This document shows, one piece after another, positions 1-11,750 of a stretch of DNA of 64,000 nucleotides; the first letter of the stretch is position 1; each line of letters starts with the position of its first letter. Location of the stretch: the NCBI GenBank assembly GCA_001643675.2, contig LSRY02000025.1, positions 558,001-622,000 on the forward strand. Reading direction: 5' to 3'. Made by a program: the position numbers and the translations under genes. The notes under the pieces are model-generated. The model saw only the letters and a program-made list of their open reading frames with translations, was not told the DNA's origin and did no database searches. Origin of the DNA: Monocercomonoides exilis PA203 (lineage: Eukaryota; Protista; Preaxostyla).

Positions 1-1358
1 AGTCACGGTAGGGGATATACGGCTGCTTCGCACACAGCGCCTTGATCACCGTGCCCAGCGTGAAGAGGGACTTGTTGATCGCTGCCGTCTCCTTCTTGTT
101 CTCCGCCTCCGACCCTGACTGCTTCAGCCGCTCAGAGCCAGCCAAGTCCACAAACGTGATTTTTCCCCGCCGCAGCACAGACGAGCGCGCATTCAGCGAT
201 GTGCTGAACAAACGCCCGCTCGCTGCGGGTCCTTCTGTTGCTGCCCCCACCCTCATTCCTCCTCCTCCTGTTCCGCCTGATGAACTCCCAGCTGTTGATC
301 TTCCTGTCACTCCTCCTCCTCTGCCTGTTCCTCCTCCTCCACCTCCACCTCCTCTGGAGAATGAGCCTCCTCTTCTCACTCCTCGTCCGCTCCCTCTCCC
401 ACGCGGTGTCCGCATCGCTTGTCTTTCCTGCTCCTCCTTCTGCCTTCTCTCTTCCTCCATCTGTGCCTCTTCTTCAGGCGTCGGCCGATGCTGCACTGTT
501 ATCTTCAGCGTGAGCAGAGCGTGCGAGCGAGACGACTCGTGATTCAAGTCATGCGACGCAACATGTCTGTTGCGCGCCCCCTTTTCCAGCAAGGCTATCA
601 AATCTTCCCGAGAATAGCATGTCACTGTTGTCAGTGAATCAACATAAAATGTGCTGCCTCTGTGCCGAAGATGCTTAGGCTCCTTTTTCTCTATATCGGA
701 TATCAAGTCGAATATTTGTTCGTTGTATATTTCCATATAATTAGCTGTAATCGTGTAAAGGTGCTCTGGATGCAATTCAATTTCATTAAAAATGTAAGAT
801 GCTGCTTGAGGAATTATTCCATCAGTTGGCAGTCCATAGCAACGATGTTGTTCGATTTCATCCAAAGTCTGGGGCTCTGGGCCTGATATTGTGTATGTTT
901 TACCTGTTCCTGTCTGCCCATATGCAAGAACTGACGCTGAATATCCTTCATTTAACACAGCATCAAGAATGTCAACAATTCCAGAATCCTGGAAAAACTC
1001 TTGTTGTGATGTCTCTTCACCAAATACTTTCTAAAAAATGGATTTACACAAGCTTTAAAAAGACAAAAACTACTCAATATTGAAAAAAATACAAACCGAA
1101 AAGCGAAAACTATGGATTTGATAATCTGCGACCGCAGGATTAGTCGGAGGGATAACCAACTATTTTTAAGTTGTTCGTATTGGAAAGAATATAACAGTTG
1201 ATTAAGCTTGACGTTGAAGTAAATTGAATTCACAATACCTCAATTGTGCTATCTGATGTTGGTGTGACACATATTTCATGTCCTGCTTCATGACGCGCTA
1301 AAGGACGTATACGAATCATAACTTTAATAGCCTCCGATTTAACAGGCTGCCGCGACAT
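1..1358 (-). CDS. Kinesin motor protein (N-terminal motor, kinesin-16/KIF12-like by motif resemblance); 3' part lies beyond the window start
   Basis: Manual minus-strand translation. ATG at 1358 gives MSRQPVKSEAIKVMIRIRP. Introns are 1160-1238 and 1031-1096 (GT..AG). The frame then reads P-loop AYGQTGTGKTYT, EIYNEQIFDL, switch I LNHESSRSHALLTL, switch II ITFVDLAGSER and INKSLFTLG..YIPYRD. Confidence 0.95.
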
Positions 1359-1645
1359 GATTAGCTCCAATTACAAACAAACAAATAAAAAGTCGTTGAA
1401 TAGAATAAATGAATAATGGAAAATCAAATAACAAATTTTTGTTATTGCAAAAGATTTACAACAATTTTACACTTATAAAGCTAAAACATTGAGGTTTGCG
1501 ATATATTTCAATCATATAGATCTTACCCATTGATTCATAATATTGATTAGTCCATCAATTTCAGGTATTGAAATTCTTTCATATTATAATTTTCATTGAA
1601 AATCTTGTGTTGTTGCGATTGTGTTTGTTAAAACTAAATAGGATC

Positions 1646-3547
1646 ATGTATAGCAAAGAGGAATTACCCACTCTTATTCAGAATTTGCCCACCTCAACCG
1701 ATCCAGAGGAAATCAAGAAATGCTGCTTGTCTGCTGCTGCAATTGCGCAAGAGTGTTTGTAAATTTGTTTTATCGATTTTATTGTTTGAGATCTTTGTTC
1801 AGTAATTGTTAAGCCAGAAGGTGAAGAAGTTGCTGATATTCCCCAGCTTCTTGATGACAATCTTCTTCAAGCGCTGGTCGATGTTGTAAAAGGAAGCACT
1901 GATAAGCCTAAGGTTGCTGTTAGAAATGCCTTCCGTGCATTGGGCGATATTTCAAAGATGCCAGGAGCGAAAACAAAGTTGAAGGAAAAGGGTGTTCTTG
2001 AAGGTGTTAAACTTTTCCTTGAGCGTACTGCTGATCACGCAAAGAACACACCCGATAAAGAATCGTTCCCATATTCTGCATGTGCGTTGTTGAACAATCT
2101 TATTGTTCCCGAGCTTCTGACAACATTAATTGGTCTGGGATATACTCCCTTGTTGATCCGCTTGATGAAATCGTCAGTTACAACTCGTCCGTCTGTTTCT
2201 GTGTTTGCAGCCAATGTTCTTCGTAGCTTTGCTGGAATTGACGAAGGAAAACTTGAACTTATGGCAAATGAAGCTCATTCACATCTTAAAACTGTTATTG
2301 AAGCAGCTATCACTGCCATTGATGCTGGGCATTCTGCAAAAGAGGATCTCTTGTTTGTGATTCATTTGTGCTGCAGAATTATTTCTTCTCTTTGCGAGAA
2401 CGGTTTGTTTTTTTTTTTTAATTTTTATTTTTATTTTGATTTTTATTTTTTTTTTAATAAATTCTCAAATTTTTGTAACTTTAACATTATTTTGTTATAG
2501 TTAACAATGTCAATTCATTCGCACAAGGAGGTTATGTATTCTTGTTGCACAATGCTTCTCGCTTGTTCGCACCAACTTTCGAAGCGGTAACAACTTCAAT
2601 TGAGAAGTCCAGTGCCACCTTGAATGTTTTGATGAATCTGATGAAAACAGAAGAAGGTGGAGAAGAAGTCAATGGAAATGTTGATCTTGCCACAATGTAC
2701 GGAATGCTTCAAGAAGCCCTTACGATGGACGCGTCAAATGCAGACACTGGAAAAGCTCTTCAGAAGCTGACATTGGGAATTGGAGGAATCTTCACAGGAG
2801 GTACATTTTAAAGAGGGAGATATTATCTTTTATTGTTATTATTATTTCATTTTTTCATTTTTTCCTTCATTTTATTTATTTATTTATTATTTTATTTTAT
2901 TTTATTTTATTTATTTATTTATTTATTTTTTAATTCAAATATATTCATTTGTTTGTTTATATTGTTTTCTTCTCTGACCATACACAGAGCCCGACACTCC
3001 TGTTACTGCTCAGCAGTTTATTGCGCTGTTGAACAAAGCCTGTGATGTTTATCTCAAAACGGACTCTGAAGTGATTTTCATTGTCACATCGTTGATTGTC
3101 CATCTGTCCTCGTTCGATGGCGGGCTTGAGGCTCTTCAGGCAGACGACACTATTTCCACCAGTGCTGTTGTGCTCGGCCATTACTTGAAGGAAGAGCGGT
3201 CCGAAGTGACTCAGTCGATTCTTCGTAATGTTGTTGTGATGCTGAACACTGGATGCTCTGAGGAAAGAGTTATTCCAATCCTTGCCTCTCACGGAATCTT
3301 TGCGTTGTTGAAAGAAATTTGCGGACTTCACACAGAGCTGAACAGTGAGATTACCGACACCGCGATTGAGCTTCTGAGCCGTGTGGCAACAAGCCCAGAT
3401 GGTTTGAAGGAGATTTCTGCTCCTGAATATGCAGCGACCATCAAGGAAGTGTTGAACTATTTCACTACAGTGAATCTGAGCGACGAAAGAAGAGACTCAA
3501 TCATTGCTAAATGCACTCAACTTGTGCAAGCGCTTCCACCTTCCTAA
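1646..3547 (+). CDS. Armadillo/HEAT-repeat-like helical protein, ~522 aa, 4 exons
   Basis: Exons 1646-1754, 1803-2402, 2501-2800 and 2988-3547 join in frame through GT..AG introns and link ORFs 1940..2500, 2542..2811 and 3029..3547. The product is amphipathic helices with ARM-like segments (AFRALGDIS, ACALLNNL, AANVLRSFA). A possible 5'UTR intron lies at 1565-1641. Confidence 0.8.
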
Positions 3548-3809
3548 GAAAACATAGAAAGAAATTTGGGTTTTGGAGTGATATTTCAAATTTTCATTTT
3601 TTAAATTTTGTTTCTTTTTATTCGAATTTTTATTTGGTATTCAATCAATCACATCTAGAGAAACAGAGTGAAGCCATTATCTGTTTCAACGCAAAAACTT
3701 TTTATTTATCCTTATCATTTTTGTCATAATTTATTCGCGAGCGTAGCAACTTTTTGATATAAATTCAAAAAAAAAATTATTTTTTGACTTTTTTTTTTGA
3801 TGGAAATAC

Positions 3810-3950
3810 TAGATACAATGAGAATAGAAAGGTTTTATTCGAATTAAAATAACTTATTCAAATAAACAAAGTTTATTCGGAATAAATTATTTTTATTGGA
3901 ATAAAAAAAATTAATTGGAATAAACTCTGGCTTTTCGGAATAACTTTTTT
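3810..3950. repeat. Array of ~20-bp quasi-palindromic units (TTTATTC/GGAATAAA); left part of a MITE-like element
   Basis: About 6 units at ~20-bp period. It begins TAGAT-N7-GAATA and aligns in inverted orientation with 7021-7155. Confidence 0.65.
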
Positions 3951-5388
3951 CAAAGAAAATTTATTGTGGTTTCAAAAAATTTCTCAAGAATCACTTTCTT
4001 TAACAACACTTAAAAATTAATTATAATTATCCATTTATATTTAAAAGCTATTTAATTGGCCAGATATGTTTAAAATGAATTACGATCAAAAAACTTTTGC
4101 ACTGTTTTGTAAAATGAATGATGATAAATTATATTCAATAATTTACAAATAATAAAAGCAATCAAAATAGACCTGCAGTTAACGACAAAATAAATTTCAT
4201 CATTTCGCAATGTTTGTTAATTCTTTTTTGTTATTTTTTTCTGTTTATTCTTCACATTTATGATCAAACAGGATAAAAAAACCAAAAACAATATCCAATC
4301 GCAAAAGGAAAATAATTCGATGAAATTGTTCCAGTCACCTGATTATTCATATTATTTTATCCTCCACACGAAACTCTATCAGTAAAGGTGATGTTGTTCC
4401 AGTTGTTTTTGAGTAATACTGAAGAGGAGTCTGTGGTGGGAGATGACAGTGCGAAGGGCTTCGATGGTGAGTATCAAGAACAGAAGAGGTAGACAATTGG
4501 GTGTAATGGAATTGAGAAAAAGAAGGATTGACAAATGCCGAGGAGGCTGTGATGTTTTGAGTGTGCAGCTGGGTAGATGAGAGTGAAGTGTCGAATGAGC
4601 AGGATATCTGCTGCTGTTCATCTTTATCATAACCTCCTTCTTCTCTTCTCATGTCCCTCCTCCTCCTTTCAGTTGCTGCTTGCACTAGCTTTGTGCCGAA
4701 ATTATAATTTATTCAATGTGGAATACATATTATTCTCCATCGCCTTCATCTTCACCTTTGGCTCTTCCTTTTGCCTCCCTTTCCTCTGCTCTGCGCTCAA
4801 TTTGCATCTGAAATCCGCCTTCTTTGCCTCTTCCATTTGAACTTGAACTTCTCTCTCTTCGCTTCTTGGCGGTGTCATGAAACGAGCAGATGAACGCAAT
4901 GTGCCTTGAAGCTCCTTTTCCCTCCAACTCCCATTATCCCTTCCATTCCTATTCACACATTCAGCACAGCCGAAGTGCTGAAACAGAGCGGAATGCGCCT
5001 CTTTGGAAGAGGAAAACGGTTCTGATGCATTTTTAGCGAAACAATTAAAGGCATTAATAACGATTATGATGATGTTGAGAGAATAAAAAGTGAATGAAAT
5101 AATAATTGGTTCAATTTGTCTGTGCTTCCGATCGAACAGCTTTAATTAAACAGAAGGTCGATATTCCGATTTAATGCAAAGAAAGTGATAATGGCATTGA
5201 AAAAGTTAGAGAAGGAGTTTATGAAGAAGGCAATGACGAAGTTGAAGATGGGGCAGTCGGTGGAAAAGGACAAATCGCAGAAGAAGAAGAATCATTAAAA
5301 GAATCTGAAGAATTTGAAGAAAAAGATGAGGAGAAAGAGAAAAAGAATGAGAATGAGAAGAAGGAAAAAAAAAAAAGGAAAAGGAAAA

Positions 5389-5532
5389 GGAGGAGGAGGA
5401 GGAGGAGGAGGAGGAGGAGGAGGAGGAGGAGGAGGAGGAAAAGAAGGAGAAGGAGAGGGAGAAGGAGAGGGAGAAGGAGAGGGAGAAGGAGAGGGAGAAG
5501 GAGAGGGAGAAGGAGAGGGAGAAGGAGAGGGA
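5389..5532 (+). repeat. Purine tandem repeats (GGA)17 and (GAAGGAGAGGGA)7
   Basis: Counted directly: 5389-5439 and 5449-5532. Confidence 0.95.
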
Positions 5533-5811
5533 GAAGGAGGAGGAGGAAAATAAGGAGAAGGAGATGAACAAAACGATTTGTTCGAAGACAACAGAAAAAT
5601 CAGTTGGGACTGAGTAAAACCAGATTTTCCATCTTTGGCTGCTGAAAGAAGTGTCTTTCTTGTCCTGTCCACGAAATCTGAGTGAGACTGAACAGATGGC
5701 AGAGGATGAGAGAATGCTGCACAAATGAGGAAAATGGTAGATTGGAGATGAACATAAAAGCTGAGCCCGATTGCTGCATGTTTCCTGCTGTTTCCAGAGT
5801 GATACCGCAAA

Positions 5812-6590
5812 CATATTTTGCAATGGACTTCTGAAAGAGTTGTGATCGATCACCGCTTGCCCCGCCTCCAGTTTACCAGTAGATACGCTAAACAGTGTTG
5901 GCGAAGACGTAGAAAGCGCACTCGTCCCAATCACACTCACTGTCTTCCCTCTCCCTGTTATTATTATCTTCTTTTCCCCAACACTGATTGTCTTCTCTTC
6001 GCTCACATGCTTCCCACCCAGCACTGTAATAGTGGAGATCAGCTGCACCATGCTTACCCAAACTGCTTGTCCCACTGTCTTGCATGGAGCTGTTTCGGTC
6101 ATTCCATACAAATTGTTCGTGTCATCCACACTCACGCCAACATAAATCGTTTTGAACTTGAGCCAATCCTTCTTATCTGTGTGCTGATATGCCCAGTCAC
6201 TGGTCCAATATCCGTAGCACACTCTCTTCTCATCTGTGTTTGTGGTGTAGCATTCATAGAACGGATTATTTTGAGATAAATATACACTGTAGTAATCATA
6301 ATATACCATATCATGCCCATATGGAGTGGCTGCAGAGCATTTGCATTCATGAAAGAACAGAAAATAACAATAAAAATAATTGGTTGGAACTGCTGTGTTT
6401 CTGGATTCAAAATACAATCCTCCTCCATTTGCTGTTGCTGAACATGAAATAAACTGGAGGCTCCTCATTTTGAATGCAGCCGGAACATTGTAGCAGCACA
6501 TTCCTCCACCAGAATCGTTTGTTAGTGTTCAAGAAGTGAATATGCACTAAAACACGTAAACACTCTCCCCTTTACCACTTTCTGTTCCAA
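5812..6590 (-). pseudogene. Fragment of the Cys-rich beta-helix surface-protein family
   Basis: Motifs GGGLYF, FFHECKC..YGHD, FYECYTTN and PCKTVGQA resemble the N-terminal region of the 2997-aa and 1054-aa proteins. There is an in-frame stop upstream and no signal peptide. The rest of ORF 5206..6501 is antisense read-through of purine repeats. Confidence 0.75.
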
Positions 6591-7020
6591 CAAAGATTGA
6601 AAATTTTGAAATTTCCCTAAAAGAAGTCTTTTCTCGGTGAACTGCTTTGAATTTTGATTTTTATGCAATTCTGCGAATCTGTTAATTGAATAATTTAAAA
6701 ATTGAACACACTTTCATCGTTTCATAAATGACTCTTCTTCCATTGACCATAACCCTTCAAATATTGCATTTCATCATGTTTATCCACATTTTCGTGATCA
6801 TCATTTTAAGAATTCGTATTATTTCTTGTAATTCTATTTGATCTCCAATCCTATGGCAGAAATTTCCAGATTTTCTTTAAATAATTTGAGACCATAACTG
6901 TTTGAAAAAATTTTTTAAATTGCATTTCAATGAATAAATATTGCTTATTAATCTTTAAACGCTCTTGTTTTCCAACCCTTTCAAATTGACAAAAAGGATC
7001 ATTAAAACTTTTGTTGAGGG

Positions 7021-7155
7021 ATTAATTGGAATAAACTAGGTCTTTCTGGAATAAACTTTTTTAATTCGAATAAACTGGTGTTATCTAGAATAAACTTTGG
7101 TTATTCGAATTATTATTTTTATTTCAATAAAATTTTCTTATTCCAATACCATCTA
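7021..7155. repeat. Array of ~20-bp quasi-palindromic units; right part of the same MITE-like family as 3810-3950
   Basis: About 7 GAATAAA-type units at 20-bp period, ending TATTCCAATACCATCTA. It is inverted to 3810-3890 and shares a direct ~40-bp match with 3911-3950. Confidence 0.65.
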
Positions 7156-8183
7156 CTAGTTGTAATATGTAGTTCATGCTTTGGTACGTCTGCTTTGCAT
7201 GAATTCAGACAAAGCTCATAAAAGCTTTTTGAAATTTTTGAATTGATAAAAAAAGATACCAGGCAAAAAAGTGAAAGCCAATTGATTGAATTTGTTTACA
7301 GTGTAACTTTTTGTTTTTCCATTTTCATTAAAAGCGGACACTTTAATGATGACAGATCTGCAGCAATTTCTCAGTTGCCAATGAATGAAAAGCTTCAATC
7401 TTCAACAAAATCATCCTTTCGATGTTAATCGGCAAATGTTTCAAACAAAAAAAAATTTATTCCTTCGAAATATTCATAAAATCAATTTTGTTTTTTTGAG
7501 AAGTGCATGATTATGATTAACTCATTGTTTAACGTTAACCTCTGTGTCCTAACAAATAACTTTCAGCACTGTCCGTCACAAACAAATAAAAAAAATAAAT
7601 AAAATTAAATAATAAATTTGATAGAACGCAGTGAGACAGGATTTGCTCCGAAATAATGAGTTTGATCTTAAAATATGGGTGGTTTGAGTGAAAAACTTCA
7701 CCCACCCCAAATGACGTGGAAAAAAGGGCGAGATAAAAGTTCAAAACAATAACATAAAAAATTAAATAATAAATTAATGTATTGTCAGCTTCACTTCACC
7801 ACCGACTTCGCCTTTTCGCCTTGGTCACGAAGACCAGAGGGCAGGGGACATTGCCCCTCGGAGCTGTCTCCTGCATTCAGTGCAGGGATCCGGTGAGGCG
7901 AGTATTCTGGTCGGAGCAGAAAGAAAAACCACTCTCGCTTCCGCGAGGCGTGGAAAAGAAAACTGCATGTGATATGCTCTGCCTCCCGCTCTTCTGCTGC
8001 ATCAGCAGAGCAACCCCAATCATCACACACTGCATAATTAATAATTAATTCTTCTCTGAAAAAACAATAATAATCTTGTAAAGGAGGAGGATCATGCTTG
8101 AACTTTTTATTTGTTTCCATGTTTCTCTAAACAGGTTCTAGGTGCACTCTTGTGACTTCGGGCGGTTGATCTTTTCCTCTTTC

Positions 8184-8371
8184 CTTTTATATCTCGCCCT
8201 TTTTCTCGTCATATTCCTCCAAATATGTTTCTCTCTTACGCACCCAGCCACTCTGAGTCTCTCCATCCGCGTTCGTATTATTTCGGAGCAAATCCTGCTC
8301 ACTGCGTTCTATCAATTCGCAATAGAGCGAATATACGAACGCAAGGAGCAGGTTTGCTCCTCAATAATGAG
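8184..8371. repeat. Internal complementary region (ICR) of the DIRS element
   Basis: 8277-8315 is the reverse complement of 7618-7658. 8316-8371 is the reverse complement of 11888-11944 with several mismatches. 8184-8212 is inverted to 7711-7739. Confidence 0.85.
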
Positions 8372-8870
8372 TTTTGAAATCCCTCGTTCTCCTCTCTCCT
8401 CTGATCTTAAACCCTCATGCCTAGCACCTTGCCGTGCGGCGGATGACCAGAGGGACTGCGGATGAAGGTGCGGCCTCTATCCCTACTCCCTCCCCCTCTT
8501 GCGCTGTTTTCGGTGGGTTCTCGATCGGGTCTTCTGTGCTTGAGCGGGCATGACAATTTGTCCTATGCTTCTCTCTCCGCGTTTCCCCCGATCGGTTTCG
8601 AGCTTCTTCTGCAAGGCAGTTTGTCTACCCTCCGTAAGCTCCATAATGTTGCGGGGAATTATGGAGGGTGTCTCATCACCCTTGGGAAGTTGTGCTATAT
8701 CGCTCTCGTGAGGCGAACTCCTCTCTCGAATTGACCCTCGACTCTTCGACCTCTTCCTCTTGCTCTGCTCCCCCCCCCCCCAGTTGTGATGTTTCTTCAG
8801 GATACTCCTTTGCTCCAGATTCTGTATTCTCATTTGAAATCTCTTTTCCTTTGCTGTCCTTCTCCGACTT

Positions 8871-9818
8871 TTATCCCTTTTCAACAAGGGGTACTGGGCC
8901 TCCGATTGTCTCCAGGATCCATCTCGTGTCATGAACTGGTAGCACGGTGTAATACCCCTGGGCTTCTCTAGAGCCTGGCGCCCATCTCGCGTACGCATTA
9001 ATTGCTTTCCAATCTGCCGCTTGTTGTCTTGCCAAATGTGTTATCACAGCGTGTCTTATCGAATACGCGGTAAATGTGTCGGGTATTCCGTTCTCTCTCA
9101 AGACAGCCACTAATTCTTCTTTAATCCTCTGCAAGTTTGCAGGTTGCCTCTCCTTGATATCGAACCACACATGTTCGTCTCTATAGGTTGTCTTTGCATA
9201 ACCCATCCAACGTTGGAGCGCTACCACCGCATCGATGCGTGGATTTGGATGCTTATTTATAATAACATTTACAGTCTCTCCCTCTGATGTTTTCGTTCGT
9301 ACTTGTGTCTGGACTAAATCCTCTTTAAGTATCGTTGTCTCTCTTCTCATCCTCTCCAGCTCTGCTGGCCTTAACGCACCAAATATCATAGTTAAAATGA
9401 GAGCCCTCCTTTGGAGGGTCTGTGGGTCTTTCATATCGTGAGTGGCTTCAGCCCATTTCGTGATGATTTTCAAGTCACACATTGATTTGTATCGTTTGCC
9501 TCTTCTTGGTTTCTCCCCCACATAGGTCTTTAGAAATATCTCTATGTCTTTCACGTCAACCTTAGTCTCTCTGAAGAGGTTAATAGAATCCAGCACTTTC
9601 CGTACTGTCTGATTTATCACTCCGCTTGAGAGGTTTGTATTCGAGAGTGTTTCAATGAACTCCGCCATAATCCACTTTGCATCTTTGTTTGTGAGGGGGT
9701 CAGTGTCATCCATGCTCTTATTATCTAGAAAATGTTTGAATCTTCGCAGCGCTCTCCACGTATCTCTTTCGCTCTTCTGATTTTTTAGTATTGCTGCTGC
9801 TATGTCCTTCGCTCCCAC
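8871..9818 (-). CDS. Tyrosine recombinase of the DIRS element
   Basis: 315-aa ORF with catalytic motifs in order: R (GALRPAEL), K (RTKTS), HxxR box as YSIR, W (ARW), Y (GYY). The start is GTG, the true 5' end is probably frameshifted, and the same frame continues past TAA with further stops. Confidence 0.85.
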   Translation of the reverse strand: MGAKDIAAAILKNQKSERDTWRALRRFKHFLDNKSMDDTDPLTNKDAKWIMAEFIETLSNTNLSSGVINQTVRKVLDSINLFRETKVDVKDIEIFLKTYVGEKPRRGKRYKSMCDLKIITKWAEATHDMKDPQTLQRRALILTMIFGALRPAELERMRRETTILKEDLVQTQVRTKTSEGETVNVIINKHPNPRIDAVVALQRWMGYAKTTYRDEHVWFDIKERQPANLQRIKEELVAVLRENGIPDTFTAYSIRHAVITHLARQQAADWKAINAYARWAPGSREAQGYYTVLPVHDTRWILETIGGPVPLVEKG

Positions 9819-9849
9819 ATGTTCTCCTCATGCAAAAAAAGAGGTCACT

Positions 9850-10600
9850 TCCCTGTATATTCTCTTCTCAATAATAACGCTTATTTCCTCTCCTGAGTGT
9901 AATTTACAGCCTTCCCTTCTCATCTTCGCTTCCGGAATCATGCACTCCTGAAATGACCCCAGGGTCTTTGTCAAATGCCCAGGCTGCAGTAGCTAGGTCC
10001 AGGTCTGCACCTGCCAGGATGGCAGAATCAGAATCGTCAGTCCCCTCTGAGCTTCGTTCATCTTCTCTTTCAGGGTCCGTCCAATATTTCTCCGGAAAGG
10101 GTGGACTAGCATTACCTCTCTTCCTTGCGTTTCTTTCTCTCTCTTTCTTCTTATGGAGGATAGTCTGCAAATACTTCCGCAGGGCACCAGCGCAATCGGT
10201 TCTGAAATTGTATCTTGTGTTCTCTGTGTGATTATTTGCAATATCTCTGCGACCTTCTCCCCGCTCAGTGCATTGTCCGGTTTCTTCTTAGTCCGGCTGA
10301 GTGCATTAACTGGCATTTTAGCTGAGATATGAGGAGCCTTCTTCAATTTTCATCACACCGTGCTGTGCGACTTCTTTCTGTATCCTTATCTCACGATCTT
10401 ACGAGGTCATCACATTTCTTATATTCTCGCGATATTTCGCGGTTTCTATCTTTGTATCTATTTCGCAATTATATGATGTTTTTCGTCGTTTAATCGTTTC
10501 ACTGGAGCTCGCCACTATTTTCTCTTCCCTCTCTCTGTTGCGACTCTTCGCGACTCCTCTTTCCGTCACTACTGCTGTTCCCATCAGTTCGTTCCAATTA
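9850..10600 (-). pseudogene. DIRS pol remnant: RNase H C-terminus plus DNA N6-adenine methyltransferase-like domain
   Basis: HISAKMPVNALSR resembles the RNase H end HIPGxxNxxADALSR. LVHPFRRNIGRTLKEK..TILILPSWQVQTW resembles the DIRS MT motif (FPP..I...L.K....ILI.P.W..QPW). Stops and frameshifts are present. Confidence 0.65.
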
Positions 10601-10639
10601 TCGTTCCCGTTGCTGTTCCCACTTGAATCCTTGGGGGAG

Positions 10640-11750
10640 CTAGGGGCAGGGGGACTGTGATCGGGGCAAGCCTCCCAGCTGGTGCTGGGGTATTCTGTGG
10701 TGGAGTTTGTGTTGTCTATCTCCTTTCTCTAAAGATCGTAAAGCTCCCATAAAGCCACATTTCAGGAACTGTCTGTTGGCGAAGCCCTGAGCATTCCTGC
10801 CTACGCAATATCTTCTTGAGCACCCATTCCCGTCCGAGATGAGGCAGAGGGCTGTTGACGAGTCGGGAGATGCACCGAACCCTACGGGATCTCCCTCTGC
10901 TTGAAAAAAGCTGGTGTTCTCCACCAGCCTCCTGAGACATTCAGAAGCATCTTTCGTCATTTTCTCTTCAAGGAACCCCTTCACATTCTTTAAGTTCGAC
11001 TGGGGATTTTCATTCAGAAAATCAATGCGACTGATACAGTCAGCAACAAGGGTTTAAGTTCAGAATAGTCCTCTCAGACTCTCTTTCTCTTCTAATTTAA
11101 GGTGCGCTTTCCTTTATTTCTTTGCTATGGGGATGCATTCACTTTGGATTTTTAATGCCCGATTCAACAGCAGGTTGAAAAAGATCCATTATTCTGCTCT
11201 CTTCCGATGAATCCTTCCTTCCCAAAGCTGTGATTGCTCCGCTGGCTGAAGTATTCCAGATAACGTCTGTTAGTCCGAAAAAAATTTCTTTTCGCGTTAT
11301 GAAATAAATGTGTTTTTGATATCTTCGCTCATTATATTCGAGCCAGCTTTGCAAAATTCAATAAACTTCTTGAGTTCTCCAGCTTTCATTTGGTGCGTCA
11401 GCCATTCAATAGTGAAAATTTTTGTGAAATTTTGTGACATATCTTCCTCTTCCCGCTCTTCTATTCCTTCGAAATCACAATCGCTGTCCTCTTCGTCTTT
11501 CAACTTCTTCATTTGATTAAGAACGCGACAGCCCCTCAACAACTGTCTGCGTTTCTTCTTTGTGATCATATCATGGAAATTTGTTTCAAACTCCGATTCG
11601 CTTGAACTCTTCCTGGATTTTCTTCTTTGTCGCTCTCTCTTCACCTTTTTCATCTGAATCGCATTTGTTGCTCCAGACTGTGTTGGTCATGTTCGACTTC
11701 TTGTTAATTCTTCTTTCACATTTTTTCCTCTCATCAGTCTTTGCGCAAGA
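10640..11750 (-). pseudogene. Broken gag-like ORF1 of the DIRS element
   Basis: Short same-strand ORF pieces (11297..11653, 11139..11354, 10640..10984) between the 5' terminus and the pol remnant. The assignment is positional only. Confidence 0.4.

Noticed and set aside
42-542. Pro-rich plus-strand ORF (166 aa)
   Set aside because: It is the antisense shadow of the kinesin exon.
3810-3950. CRISPR-like periodic repeat (also 7021-7155)
   Set aside because: The period is only ~20 bp with no unique spacers, there are no cas genes, and the context is eukaryotic.
4347-5040. Minus-strand coding-like ORF pieces
   Set aside because: Stop-interrupted and without a recognisable domain; cannot be assigned beyond probable gene debris.
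5206-5810. C-terminal half of the 431-aa ORF and extensin-like SPSP/PPP ORF 5295..5810
   Set aside because: These frames are open only because they cross pure purine microsatellites.
7536-7600. TTAA-CCTCTGTG start resembling the TTAA MITE end next to the DIRS terminus
   Set aside because: The similarity is short and no partner end was found.
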